Positions 26,518 to 40,200 are shown, counted from the first letter of the stretch. The stretch is 64,000 nt of DNA from Eledone cirrhosa (GCA_964016885.1 OZ024742.1:250728001-250792000), one strand, 5' to 3'. Program-made: numbers and translations. The notes: generated by a model from the sequence alone, not told the origin.

Positions 26518-27500
26518 CTAGCAGAATGGCCTGGCGTTGCTCGGGATTCTAAGCATAGATTGGCATGTTTATCCCTCCTTTCTGAAACAGTACAGAGAAG
26601 TATGGAATACCTCGGCCTCGGGATGGTGTCTACATTTTGTGCTTATAAAAAAAAATTGTCGTAGCTTACCAGGGGTTTAACTTAATTGGGTGCCTGAGAG
26701 TAAAATGTTCAACCCACGGAAGCCAAGACGATAGGGTTAAGTAAAAAGGCATTCGACAAACCGAACGGGTATATTTGATATATATTTATCCTTATCGAGC
26801 CTCGTGAAATAAATACGTCTGTTTATATTTTGTTATTGTGTATGCAAAAATATCTGTACACGAATATATAATTATATATATATATATACTAGCAGAATGG
26901 CCCGGCATTGCTCAGGATTCTAAATATAGATTGGCATGTTTATCCCTCCTTTCTGAAACAGTACAGAGAAGTATGGAATACCTCGGCCTGCGTATGGTGT
27001 CTACATTTTGTGCTTACAAAAAATATCTGTACACGAATATATAATTATATATATATTAAAATAACAGATTAAAGTTTAAGGAAAGAATCGCTGCTTTCAC
27101 CCTTAGCGGGATCTTCTGAAACTAAAAAAATCAATCTGTGAATGCAGAAGTAAATATTTCGAAAAACGTTACACACTATATATATATACACACTATATAT
27201 ACATATATACACACACACACAGATAGCGAAGTCAATGTTTTCATAGTGTCGTAATGCAGACAGCCAGACATACAGACAGATTATAAGGGCGCGATGTTAT
27301 AGCTATGTATCTATCTAAAAAGAGATCGCTAACCAGCGCCTAATGCAGTCCCTAGGGCATTGAAAATTTGAAATATTTTTTACTCAAAACACTCACACGA
27401 CCATAAGTATTACATGTGTAAAGTTTGAAAAAAATCGGTTGGGTGGTTCTCGAGTTTTAGGGGGACAGACAGATATTCTGTTTTATATATATATATATAT
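26518..27500 (-). mobile_element. Non-autonomous Helitron-like sequence: two tandem 3' ends and a probable 5' end
   Basis: Minus strand GC hairpin (CCCGAGCAACGCCAGG) followed by CTAG|T at 26518-26521, and again at 26889-26892; ~130 bp duplicated; (ACAG)n and TATATAAAA-type end near 27460-27500. Confidence 0.65.
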
Positions 27501-27767
27501 AAAAACGTATGTATGTATGTTTGTGTGTGTATATATGTGTGTATGTATGTATAATGTTGAACAATGAAAAGATAAGGTGTAGTTGTTAATTAATCCACTG
27601 GATTTATTTGATCTGTATGATAAATAATCATAACATATCGAGCTCCCCAGAATCTCCAAAACTAAGTGGATATCTCCATTTATAAATTTGTGTACATATA
27701 TATATATATATATATATAAAATAAAGTTAAATAAAAGTCAAATGATTAAAATTTAGCTTTGTTGATT

Positions 27768-27822
27768 ACTGCTATATATATTTCAGTGACAGCCATCTTT
27801 GGCTGTGACCTCTTCAGGCAGT
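27768..27822 (-). ncRNA. Minimal type-I hammerhead ribozyme
   Basis: Minus strand: ACTGC CTGAAGA GGTCACAGCCA AAGA TGGCTGTCACT GAAA TATATA TA GCAGT; 5-bp stem I, long stem II, palindromic stem III. Confidence 0.75.
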
Positions 27823-28224
27823 TTGAATGAATATGGTATAGACAAGTACATATGTTGTTTAGGTGTATGATATTGTCAATACTCTGATATGCCCAGTTCC
27901 TTGTTGGGTTGTTAATTCATTGGGGAACTGGAGTCAGTTTTATTTAATTTTATTTAACTTTATTTTACACTACTCCGGAGTAACCAAACCAACCTGCGCA
28001 CTTCGTCGAGTGCTCCAGCCTGCATACTGAGGTGTTGGTATACAACCAACATAAACTCAAAATCTATATATATATATATTCAAGAACTCTACAGGCAAAA
28101 CTCCAGAGTAACAAGACTCACTTTTTAGCCTTAATATAAATGAATATTAAAACTCTACTTCGGTATTGAGTAGTCCTTTCTCTCAGTCGTCAACCACATA
28201 TGGATATGTGTGTGTGTGTGTGCA

Positions 28225-29198
28225 TATCTTCTTTGTCCACTTATTCCTGGGAAAGTTTTTGGGGCAGAGTCCTCAAACAAGCCTTCCAGCAGGTCCTGTC
28301 AGAAGCAACTGTCTCCAATTGATCTGGTGAAACTAGCTGAGCTCATGGATGTTTTCCAACCATCTTGCTCAGGGTTTACTCCTGGGTTTCCTGCTGGCTG
28401 GTTTCTCTCATAAAAATCTGTCATGAGACATTCTGTCCACATGTTTGTAATATCAAAGCTGTGATCTCTCAATTTTGAGAAGTAGTGGCTCTCTCTTGAG
28501 TAACTCCCTAATCTCTTGAGCTACACAACTGTTACTTCAAAGACCCTTCGGAGGAACTCCATTTTGGCTACTTGTATTCATGATCGTATTCTTTCAGTCA
28601 TTACCCAAAATTCATGACCAGAAGTAAGTGTTGGCATGAATACCAAATTGAAGAGTTTGGATTTGACATCTACCCACCTTCTTCTGATGAGCAAATGCTG
28701 AAGCTGGTGTATTACTGCATCAGCTCCTGTAATTCTTGCACTTAATTCAGCGTCCTGCCTTCCATTACTCATTAACACAGCTTCGAGATACTTCAATTTC
28801 ACTACCTGTTTCAGTGGAACTCCATTCACATGTAGAGTGCACTGTGTAGGCTTCCTTTAGAGGACAAATGACTTAGTTTTCACAGCACTGATTTTCATTC
28901 CAGCCATGCAGTACTCGGCATCAAACCTATCAAGTGCATGCCGGAGATCACCTTCAAATGAATTAAGTAGTACCATGTCATCTGCAAATTCTAGCCGACT
29001 GATGCTACACCTGCCATTCTTGATACCATTTCCAACATGGTTGTGCAAGTCAATCCTCATCATGAAAATTATGAACAGGAGAGGTGACAGTATGCACCCT
29101 TGACAGAGTCCAACTCCCACATTGAATGGTTTTGACTTAGCACCATTTATCCAAACACAATTATGTATAGAGACTTTAGAGTAGCAAGAAGCTGTCCA
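28225..29198 (-). mobile_element. Degraded RTE LINE fragment, second RTE family (Expander/Rex3-like)
   Basis: GVGLCQGCILSPLLFIIFM...LEFADDMVLL; LKQVVKLKYL...PTLTSGHEFWVMTERIRS; same family as 61420-62240. Confidence 0.85.
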
Positions 29199-29792
29199 TC
29201 AATCCCATACTACTGTGTACACATATATATATATATATATATATATCTGTGTGTATATATATATTTGTGTGTATGTGTGTGTGTATGTATGTGAGAGAGA
29301 GAGAACATATGTCCATACACACACACATGCACACAGGCATATACTATAGAGATATGCAACACACTCCCAAATCTCCACCACTTTCATCACAGCCACCATC
29401 ATTAACACAAACACCACCAACAACACCAACACCAGCACAATCACAACCAGCGCCAACATAACAACCACTAATATCTATTGTCTACAAACTTTTATCTCAC
29501 TTCCTCTCCCTGCAACTCAGGAACACTAAGGAACAATGACAGGAACAACACCCTACCCCCACCTATTCCCAGCTCTCCCTCACCACACACCACCACACTT
29601 ACTCTCACTTCTCTAGTAGTTTGATTCCATGGTTTGGATTTAGCATTGGATTTATTGAAAGTGGTGGTGATGGTGGTGGTGATGGAAGTGGTGGTGGTAA
29701 GGTGATGAATCTATTTAAGTAAGAGTTTTAAAATAATCATTAATTAGTATGGAGTCATTGATCAGCAGCACCATTAATGACAACAGGATATA

Positions 29793-29886
<94 letters not shown>

Positions 29887-30365
29887 CATACATATATATA
29901 TACACAGATATATATATACATATATATATATACATACCCTTGCAAGCAGGGAAAAGTGGACGTAAAATGATGATGATGAGAGAGAAAGAGAGAGAGAGGA
30001 GGGAGAGAGAGAGAGAGGGAGAGAGAGAGAGAGGGGGGGGGACACAATGAACAGGACATTACCTTCCTCCTCCTCCCTGTTCCTCACACCAACCCTTATT
30101 AAACATTTGACAAAGAAAGGAGTAATGTAGTATTTGTTGTTTTATTGTTGTTTATTAATACATACCATTGAAGACCAGAAAACCACAGACATGGAGAGGG
30201 GGAAGAGAGAGAGTGAGAGAGGCTAGGATTATTTTAGATCAAGTAGTACATTTAATGACCAATGTCCACCAATTGTATCCTTGCTCTTCCTTCAACTAGC
30301 CATTGTCCAGCAGTGATAAATTATGGTTTTATTTCAATGAATCCCTCACTCTCTGTCTCTTTCTC

Positions 30366-30399
<34 letters not shown>

Positions 30400-30934
30400 A
30401 ATATATATCAACAGTTAAAGCCAGTGTGCTGTTCAAAGCACTCAATGCTGTTATGAAGTATGTCTCTTGTTGAGTTGTATTCCAGAGTTAAGGCAGCTGC
30501 AGTGTACAGAGTGTAAATAAAGTAGGATTGAAGTCACGTCACTGTGTCATAAGAAACCACTAAAATGATTTGTGTCAGAAAGGGCATCCGGCTGTGAAAC
30601 ATTACAGCAAAAAATCTCATCAAACCCATTCCAGCATGGAAAAAGCAATGTAAACACAATGATATATACATACCCACAGACTATATATATATATATATAT
30701 GCATGCATGGTCCCGTAACTCCTGATAGAGTCATAGGGGCGCCGTATTCACATATGGCATTTCTTGGGTATTTTAAGCCTGGCAGAGCCCCTCCCTCTCC
30801 AGGCCTGAGTACAGCATATTTCTTTTAGATATATATATATATATATATATATATTTAAATAGCCCTGTACAATACCTAGAGCACCCTTCTTTCTTCTACC
30901 TTTTCTACTGAAATACTTAATATACATACATATA

Positions 30935-31480
30935 TACAGGGCGATCAAAATTGATGGTAGTTACGGAGTAGGTAAACCCAGAAAAACCTGGGATGATCTG
31001 ATAAATTCTGACCTTACACACTTGCACCCCTCTAAGACAATGTCTCTGGACCGAGATCTTTGGCGCTACGCAGTAATACAGAAGACCCCCCCCCCCCCTT
31101 GCCTATGTACAAAGCGAAACCTAGTCAGTAGGCACCTCTTAACCAAATATACACCCCAATCCACTACCCCTACCCTATCCTCCCACTCCCACCAACAGCA
31201 GGAGATAATGAGATCGAGATCGTGTAGGTGTCACAACAAAAAACACACACAGTCCACGCTGTAATGTGGCTGTGTAGGTAACACGGTAAAAAGTTCCCAG
31301 TTCCACACTGTAAATGTGGTTGGTGTTAGGAAGGGCATCCAGCCATAAAAAACCTGCCAGATAGTCCTATATGAGCGAGACATGGTCACCCAACCAACCT
31401 TGCTTCAAGTGGGACAACTCCCGTCTAACCCATGCTAGCGTGGAAAATGGACGTTAAACAAAGATGATGATGATGATGAT
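30935..31480 (+). mobile_element. Short 3' fragment of the 57-kb RTE family
   Basis: SKTMSLDRDLWRYAV plus the 3' UTR and (GAT)n. Confidence 0.9.
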
Positions 31481-31986
31481 ATGTGTGTGTGTTGGTTGAT
31501 CCAAGCAATCAAGTAACTATGGGTAAGCAAGCATAAGCACTACACATCATGAGTATCTATAAGGTATTACATATATTGTATCAGATGCTGTATCAATATT
31601 AAGTACGAAGAGACAGTTTTACATATTTAACTTCAGTTGATTGTCTTACATCACATTTTTATGCCTGCTGTAACCTGAATGAACAACATTCCTTCAAATA
31701 TGGGCATACCAAAACGAAACCTTGTTTACATTTTCAGCACTTGTCTGATGGCAAGGCATTAAATAACTATTAGATAAGGACATTTTAATGTCTTTGAAAT
31801 GAACATAAAAGGTGTAATATAATACGATAAACTAAAGTTTAATATGTAAAATTGTCTCTCTTTTTCTTACATATATATATATAGATATATATATATATAG
31901 ATATATTTATATATGATGAGGCATGGAAAAGTAGACGTTAAATGATGATGATATATATGTATGTATATATTTATATATACACATAC

Positions 31987-32033
<47 letters not shown>

Positions 32034-32044
32034 ATATATATGTG

Positions 32045-32080
<36 letters not shown>

Positions 32081-32294
32081 CTTTCTATATAGCTATGTGT
32101 GTATATAATATATCAATAATACAGACAGATAGACAAACATATAGATCTCAGCTGATTGTAAACTGAGAGAAACCAGTTCAGTCATACTCACCCACCACCC
32201 CTACATAAAACTTTCCAATCAACCCAAATTAACCGACTTCTGGAATTGTTTTACTCCACACAATCATGGCATTCACTTGCCAAAAATTAGCTAA

Positions 32295-32319
32295 ATTACA
32301 CACACATACATATGTGTGT

Positions 32320-32354
<35 letters not shown>

Positions 32355-32384
32355 CATACATACACACATCTATATATATACATC

Positions 32385-32446
<62 letters not shown>

Positions 32447-32481
32447 TACATACACACACACATCTATATATATACATCTAC

Positions 32482-32512
<31 letters not shown>

Positions 32513-32533
32513 TCTATATATATATACATCTAC

Positions 32534-32566
<33 letters not shown>

Positions 32567-32747
32567 TCTCTATATACATATATATAGACACACACACACA
32601 TCTATATATACATCTACATATATATATACACACACACACATCTCTATATACATCTATATATATAGACACACACACATCTCTCTCTCTATATATATACACA
32701 CATCTATATATACATATATATATATACACACATCTATATATACATCT

Positions 32748-32806
<59 letters not shown>

Positions 32807-33134
32807 ACTCTATATACATCTACACATATATATATATATATATACACACACGCACACATCCATATATACATCTACATATATATACACACACACATATCTA
32901 TATATACATCTACATATATATATATATAGACATATGTACATATACACATACATATACATACACAACATATATACATATGTATATACATCTATATATACAC
33001 ACACACTCTCATACACATGTACATATACAACTGTAATCACTTCCTGCACGCTGCCTCACAAACCTGGTTCATTTATATGCCTCAGTACTCTTCCTTTTCA
33101 CCTAATGAATGTCCTATTACACACACAAACACAC

Positions 33135-33225
<91 letters not shown>
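32295..33225. repeat. Cryptic (TA/CA/TCTA) microsatellite and (GA)n tract
   Basis: Directly visible. Confidence 0.95.
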
Positions 33226-33226
<1 letters not shown>

Positions 33227-33418
33227 TGTATGTAAGTAGTGTGTTGACAGTGAATGGCAAAGGTGATATTAAAAGCAAGAGAAAGACCAAAGCAGTAGTA
33301 GAGAAAGACAAGAGATAAGACAATTAGATGTAATTCTATTTGATTTATACTAAATAACTGCTTTACTGAGGAAATACAGTCAACTATGTTGGTTACTGGA
33401 CATAGGTCTACATTTCAG

Positions 33419-34490
33419 CCAGACTACACCACAGCAATATAGCCACATGTAACCCAGACTAGACAACAACAATATAGCCACATGTAACCCAGACTACACC
33501 ACAGCAATATAGCCACATGTAACCCAGACTAGACAACAACAATATAGCCACATGTAACCCAGACTACACCACAGCAATATAGCCACATGTAACCCAGACT
33601 ACACCACAACAATATAGCCACATGTAACCCAGACTAGACAACAACAATATAGCCACATGTAACCCAGACTACACCACAATATAGCCACATGTAACCCAGA
33701 CTACACCACAACAATATAGCCACATGTAACCCAGACTAGACAACAACAATATAGCCACATGTAACCCAGACTACACCACAACAATATAGCCACATGTAAC
33801 CCAGACTACACCACAACAATATAGCCACATGTAACCCAGACTAGACAACAACAATGTACCCACATGTAACCCAGACTACACCACAGCAATATAGCCACAT
33901 GTAACCCAGACTACACCACAACAATATAGCCACATGTAACCCAGACTAGACAACAATGTACCCACATGTAATCCAGACTACACCACAATAATATGGCCAC
34001 ATGTAACCCAGACTAGACCACAACAATATAGCAACATGTAACCCAGACTAGACAACAACAATGTACCCACATGTAACCCAGACTAGACAACAACAATATA
34101 CCCACATGTAACACAAACTAGACCACAGCAATGTACCCACATGTAACCCAGGCTAAACCACAGCAATATATCCACATGTAGCCCTGACTAGACCACAACA
34201 ATGTGCCTACATGTAACCCAAACTAGACCACAACAATGTGCCTACATGTAACCCTGACTAAAGGACAGCAATACACACACATGTAACCCAGACTAGACCA
34301 CAACAATGTACCTACATGTAACCCCGACTAGGTCAGCAATATACCCACATGGAAATCAGACAAGACTACAGCAATGTTCCTACATAGTAACCTACCACAG
34401 CTAACAGCAATGTACCCACATCTACCCTACCACAGCCAACAGCAATGTACCCATATCTATCTTGCCACAGCTAACCACAATCTACCCATC
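33419..34490. repeat. 35-bp minisatellite, about 30 copies, with two interspersed variants
   Basis: CCAGACTACACCACA(G/A)CAATATAGCCACATGTAAC and CCAGACTAGACAACAACAATATAGCCACATGTAAC; degenerates rightwards. Confidence 0.95.
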
Positions 34491-35351
34491 TTTGGAAGCA
34501 TATCAGACGGACTGTACCTGTAATTCAAATTCTCATTGAGAATTACATTAAGGGTACATGTGTCTGTGGAATGCTCAGCCACTTATTTGTTAATTTCTCA
34601 AATAGGCTGTTTTGTTGATTGGACAACTGGAACAGGCTTCACTAAAACCATTAGCGGTCCATTCTAGTCCATGAACCATGTGACTTTACTCTGTGAGTAA
34701 CATGACATCAGCTTAATGGCCTCACCTTTCAGTTTTAGGTTTTATCATTTGGAGCTAGATCTAAGGGAAAGTGTTCCTCAATAAACCAAGCATACCTGGT
34801 GAACTAAAAGCCATTATTTCTCAGGTAATTACAGCAATAATATGGGCACAACATGGCCAAATGGTTAAGGAGTTTGCTTTATAATCATAGGTTGCTGGTT
34901 TGATTCCACTGAATAGCATCTTGGGTACATATCATTTATCATAGCTTTGGGAGTGAAACGGGGTAAATGGAAGCTTGTAATTTAAAGGACCAGCCCTGCC
35001 ATACACTGTGGCATGCTTAATCTGAGAATTATATTAAGGGCACATAAGTCTATATGCTCAGCTACTTTCATGTTAACCTTCTGGAGACTCCAGGTGCATT
35101 AAGTCTCCAATAGAGTAATCTCCCCTTAATACATAATGCGGTATCAAGGGAAACAATTCATAAAACTTTCTAGCATGCTGAAGATTAATTTCAGGAGCAG
35201 GATATTCTATCATTCCAGAACATATATTATTGAAACTAACTGAGGTCCATTCCACAACAATAGTTCATACACACGTCTAGTATGTAGATACTTCCAAGCC
35301 AGACTGTGTGTGCGTGTGTGTATGAAATCATGGAAAGCATTTGGATGGGCT

Positions 35352-35692
35352 CCAAGGTTAACTTTGCCTTTCATCCTTATGGGATCGATAAAATAAAGTA
35401 CCAGTAATGCACTGGGATAATTGCTGGCCTTGTGCCAAAAGTAGAAACAATTATTTTCAAGATTAAAGGACAACAGATTGGCAGTATCAGTAGAGCATCG
35501 AACAATATTCTTTGCAGCATAGAGTTACGGCCTTTTACGTTCTGAGTTACAATCACCCTGAGGTTAGCTTTACCTTTCATCCTTATGGGGGTCAATAAAA
35601 TAAGGTACCAGTAATGCACTGGAGTCAATTTAATCAACTTTCTCCTCCCACCTATATTGCTGGCCTTGTGCTAAAAAGTAGAAACAATTATT
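35352..35692 (+). mobile_element. Two tandem SINE family A copies
   Basis: Conserved body and tail; both copies end with AGTAGAAACAATTATTTTCAAGATTAAA. Confidence 0.8.
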
Positions 35693-35924
35693 TTCAAGAT
35701 TAAATGAACAGTGACTTATATGATACGTATATATTTATATATATGTATGTCGGTGTGTGTGTGGCTGTCTCTGACTATGTGTATATGTGAGTAAATAAAT
35801 GGCAAACATTGTTCTGAATGTTTAAACAATAGAGGTTGCTAATATCTTATAGTTAATATCATTAAACACCCTACACACACACACACATGTATATACACAC
35901 ATATATACACACACACATATATAT

Positions 35925-35985
<61 letters not shown>

Positions 35986-36093
35986 TGCACACCCAAATAT
36001 GCATAGATATTTATATAATATTGTCACTGTTAGATGATCGATATCTATCAAAATGACATATGTTCCCTTATACAATATATTGAGTGGCTTTTG

Positions 36094-36252
36094 GAAGAAG
36101 AAAAAGAAGAAAAAAAAAAGAAGAAAAAGAAAAAGAAAATAGATGAAAAAGAAAAAGAAGAAAAAGAAGAAAAAGAAGAAAAAGAAGAAAAAGAAGAAAA
36201 GAAAAAGAAAAAAGAAAAAGAAAAAAGAATAAAAAGAAGAAGAAAAAAAGAA
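36094..36252. repeat. Purine tract (GAAAAAGAA)n
   Basis: Directly visible. Confidence 0.9.
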
Positions 36253-37699
36253 GTCTTGAGGGGGAGGGTGGTTGTCTTTGTACCATTTTAAATGCAGTGA
36301 TACAAGAATATAGAATGCAGGCTGTATTGGACAGAAGGTGGTTCTTTTAGATGTTTTCATGAAATAATCAAGAAAGAATTTAAGACAGATTGTCAAACAA
36401 AAGCCATCCTTACTGATCTTGGTTGTACTTGTGTGTATGTGTGTGTCTTTGGGCTTGTCTCTGCATGTATGTGTGCATATAGATGTGCAGGCATGTATCT
36501 GTGTCTGTGTGTGTATGTGCATATATGTGTATAAGTGTGTGTATGTCTTTTGGTGTGTGTATATGTGTGTGAGTGTGTGTGTGCATGTGTCTTGGGGGTT
36601 TGGCTGTGTGTGGGTGTCTAAAGTAGTTATGAGAAATACCAGCTGATGTGCAAACATTTTGTCCCAGTCTTACAAACAGCTGAAATGATCTTCAGCAGGT
36701 TTGTGTTTGTGCGATAGTATGTGTGTGTATAAAGACACTTTAAATTTGGAGGACAATGAGACAAGAGAGAAAGAGATAGAGGGAGAGAGAGAAAGAGACA
36801 GAGGAAGAGAGAGAGGGGGAGGCAGAAAGAGAGAATGTCACGTGTGTATGTTTGCTTGAGAATGTGTGTGTGTATGGGTACAGATGCTCAGTTCAACAAC
36901 ATATATACTACACTGTACTGTACCAATCTCAATAGGAAATCATTAATGAGTCCAGTAGAAGAAAAAAAACTTGGAATACTGGCCATGCTGTAGCACTAAG
37001 TGCAATAATATTTCTAATCAATATTGATCAATTGTATGTGCCCCCTCCCCTACTCCCATACCAACAGGTATATCTGATGTTTTGTTGTGTTGTTGGTTAT
37101 GATGATGAGTGTTCCAGTTGTTCAAACAAGGAAAGTGCCTGCTCTGGAAATTAACATGCAAGTGGCTGAGCATTCCATAGATACATATACACCCCATTAA
37201 CATAATTCAGAGGGAAATTCAACATGGTATAAATATACTCATTTTTTCCAGCTGAGAAGACTGGAACAGCATGAAAATAAAGTGTCTTGTTTAAGAACAC
37301 AATGCACCACTAGGAATTGCACTTATGTCCTCACAATCAAGAGTCAAACACCATAATGACTCAAAACAATACAGCATGTAGAGAGACATGTAGATCAGCT
37401 AAGATATACACAGACATACAGACAGACAGGCATAGACATACAGACACAGACATATATCTAGAGGCAGAAGTAAAGATGTTACACAGACTGAGATAGAGAC
37501 AGTGTCACAGATACATATGCAGATACACAAACAGATACCGAGAGAAAGAGAGGGAGACACACACAAACAAAAGCACATATATACATACAAGCACATACAC
37601 AAAAACAAGCAAATACATGCATAGAGACACAAGCAGATGCATATATATATATATATATATATATGTGAGAAAAACCACAGACCCTCCATCTCAACTCTA

Positions 37700-37735
37700 C
37701 TTTTGAAAAGCAGAAGAACTGCGAAACCGGTAAAG
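37700..37735 (+). ncRNA. Hammerhead-like variant (UUGANAA core)
   Basis: CTT TTGAAAA GCAG AAGAA CTGC GAAA CCGG TA AAG; perfect stem II and palindromic ACCGGT, but a non-canonical core. Confidence 0.45.
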
Positions 37736-38259
37736 GAACCAAATAAATATATATATTTTTTAAAAATAAGACTCCAGTTGCATTTTCGATTTCATCTTTT
37801 TTTCTCTATATATATATATTTATATATATATATTTATATATATATATATATATAATCAAGGTTTAGCAAATAAGAAAAAGTTTAAAAATAAATTTTTAAA
37901 AATTCACTGTACCTGCTATGGTTACCTTTACCGTACGGTTTATATAGGTAGATAAAGAAACACAAATACATAATGCATATACAGACAGAAAGATACGTGC
38001 ACAAACACACAATATTTTCTTTACCGATGTCAACTGTGTGTCATGGGTGACTAGCCATCATCACAACCACCAGTATCACACTACTCCATCACTCCTCGAT
38101 TTACTGACTCTTTGACCACCTACTGTCTATTTCAACAGACATGGCTGAAACATCACCACCACCAACTTAGTGATGTGCCTTCATTTATATATATATATAT
38201 AATGTATCTATATGGTGGTGGTTAATAACATTATTAATAATTAATTCTATCGTGCAATG

Positions 38260-38925
38260 CCTGTGGATGAAGATATTTTTTTAAAGTGAGGAAAGACTGT
38301 GCACAGAGCCAATCCCACCCTATGAGCGACAGTAGCTATAACCCGAAAAGAAGAAAAGATCAACATCATCGGTAACTACTGAGCCGCAGGTTTATATCGG
38401 AGTTATCCCAGTTTCTTGAGTTGCCTTCTCCTAGAAGAATGCCCTGTGGTTTAACCGTGCGATCGGGTGTCTAGCCCGACTATTTCTATATCCCCGCGTA
38501 TATACATACACATGCACCCATGTATATACACATATACATACATATGTACATGTGCATATACATATTTACACACTTTCGGATGGCCATTGACTCTTATGAG
38601 TTCTTCCGCCCTTTGTCGTGTTTTGTTTTTTGTCCTGCAGGGTGTCCAAAATCACCTTTCTCACCAAGTAAACTTGGTGGGGTTGCCGGTTTAGTTGCTG
38701 ACGACCCAACCATGCGACAGGTTGTACTGGGTTACATGTTACCAATAGCACTCAAGAGTGACCCAACACACATATATTTATATATATATACATACATATA
38801 TACATACATATATGGTGGCTGCCAACTCATTTTCGAGTACGGCCACTACTTTATATCCATGTAGGAGAACCCCTACGAGTGTGACTTTTAAGTCCAGCCA
38901 GCAACTTGAAAAGTCTGGTACAAAC
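38260..38925 (-). mobile_element. Divergent copy and fragment of the ~550-bp RTE 5'-UTR-like unit
   Basis: Homologous to 39648-40200; minus strand contains CTAGGAGAAGGCAACTC. Confidence 0.65.
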
Positions 38926-38940
38926 ATATATACATACATA

Positions 38941-39605
38941 CAAAAGCTACAACAATGTGGAAGACATCCATGTACATAATATGAAAGAGTACTTGTGGAA
39001 TGTTCCAGTAAAAACCCCAATAAAATGCAGGCATAACAGACCAGATATTATGATATGGGACAGGGAGAAGAAAACATGTACAGTAGTGGAAATTAGCTGC
39101 CCAGCAGATGCCAATATAATATCAAAGATTAGTGAAAAGGAGAATATTTATGTAGAACTGATGAGAAATCTGCAGATACTCCACCCTGATTACACCTTCA
39201 GATTTATGCCTGTGATTATTGGGGCACTGGGATATGTTAGTAACTGCCTCAATACAAATCTTGAGAAGCTAGGCTTCACAGGAACAGAAAGAACACAACT
39301 AGTTAGGAAATTACAAGTACAATCCATTAATGGAACAATAAAAATATGTAAAACATTCCAAAAATGTTGCATCTAATAACTGCATATACACATGTACAGA
39401 TACAAAGCATATACACATGCACACATACAACTCAAAACATCCACATCCACACATACAAAACATCCATATCTACACATGCATGCATACATACATATCTACC
39501 TAGTTGATGTTGTGTAAATTCCAATGAGAGAGTCTTGTGTCTATGTTAGAAACCGACTCTCTCTCTATTGGTAAAACTTTGTGAAATTATAAAACCAGAA
39601 GAACA
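38941..39605 (+). mobile_element. 5'-truncated R4/Dong-like non-LTR retrotransposon: REL endonuclease C-terminus and 3' UTR
   Basis: Open frame to the stop at 39376: WNVPVKT..CRHNRPDIMIWDREKKTCTVVEISCP...EKENIY..L......MPVIIGALG; both junctions lie in (TACA)n. Confidence 0.8.
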
Positions 39606-39647
39606 CATACATACATACATATATACATATATACATACATACATATA

Positions 39648-40200
39648 TGGTGGCTGCCAACTCGTTTTCGAGTACGGCCACTACTTTATATCCATGTAGG
39701 AGAACCCCTACCGATGCGCTGAACGAGTGTGACCTTTTAGTCCAGCCAGCGACTTGAAAACTCTGGTACAAACACTACACTTGTGACAATTATTGACACA
39801 TAGTGCTGCGCCCATGGTACCATGTGACGACAAGTGCAGAGAGATCTCCAGATATAAAGCAATGCCTATGCCGTGAAGCTTTTATAGTGAGCAAAGGCAC
39901 TGCACAAAGCCAGTCCCACTCTCTTAACCAAGATGATATTTACCAAAAAGAAGAACAAGTCAACATCATTGGATACCATCAGGGTTGCAGGTGTTATATC
40001 AGAGTTTTCCTTCTCCTAGAATTCTGCCTTGACAAAGGCTAAGGGGTCATCTCTCCATGTGATTTTGGATGGCCATTGACTCTTAAGAGCTCCTTTGCCC
40101 TTTGACAGGTTTTGTTTTTAGTCCTGCAGGATGTGCAAAGTCACCCTCCTCACCAAGAAACCTTGGTGGGGTTGCCAGTTTAGTCGCCAATGATCCGACC
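39648..40200 (-). mobile_element. ~550-bp non-coding unit resembling an RTE 5' UTR
   Basis: Near-identical to 42730-43271; minus strand has CTAGGAGAAGGAAAACTCTGA, a motif recalled from RTE-clade 5' UTRs. Confidence 0.65.

Noticed and set aside
27085-27122. Hammerhead-like CAGAAGA TCCC..AGGG T GAAA on the minus strand
   Set aside because: Core U is mutated, and there is no valid cleavage triplet or stem I; at best a dead remnant.
33419-34490. CRISPR-like regular ~35-bp periodicity
   Set aside because: No unique spacers, no cas genes, eukaryotic context; it is a minisatellite.
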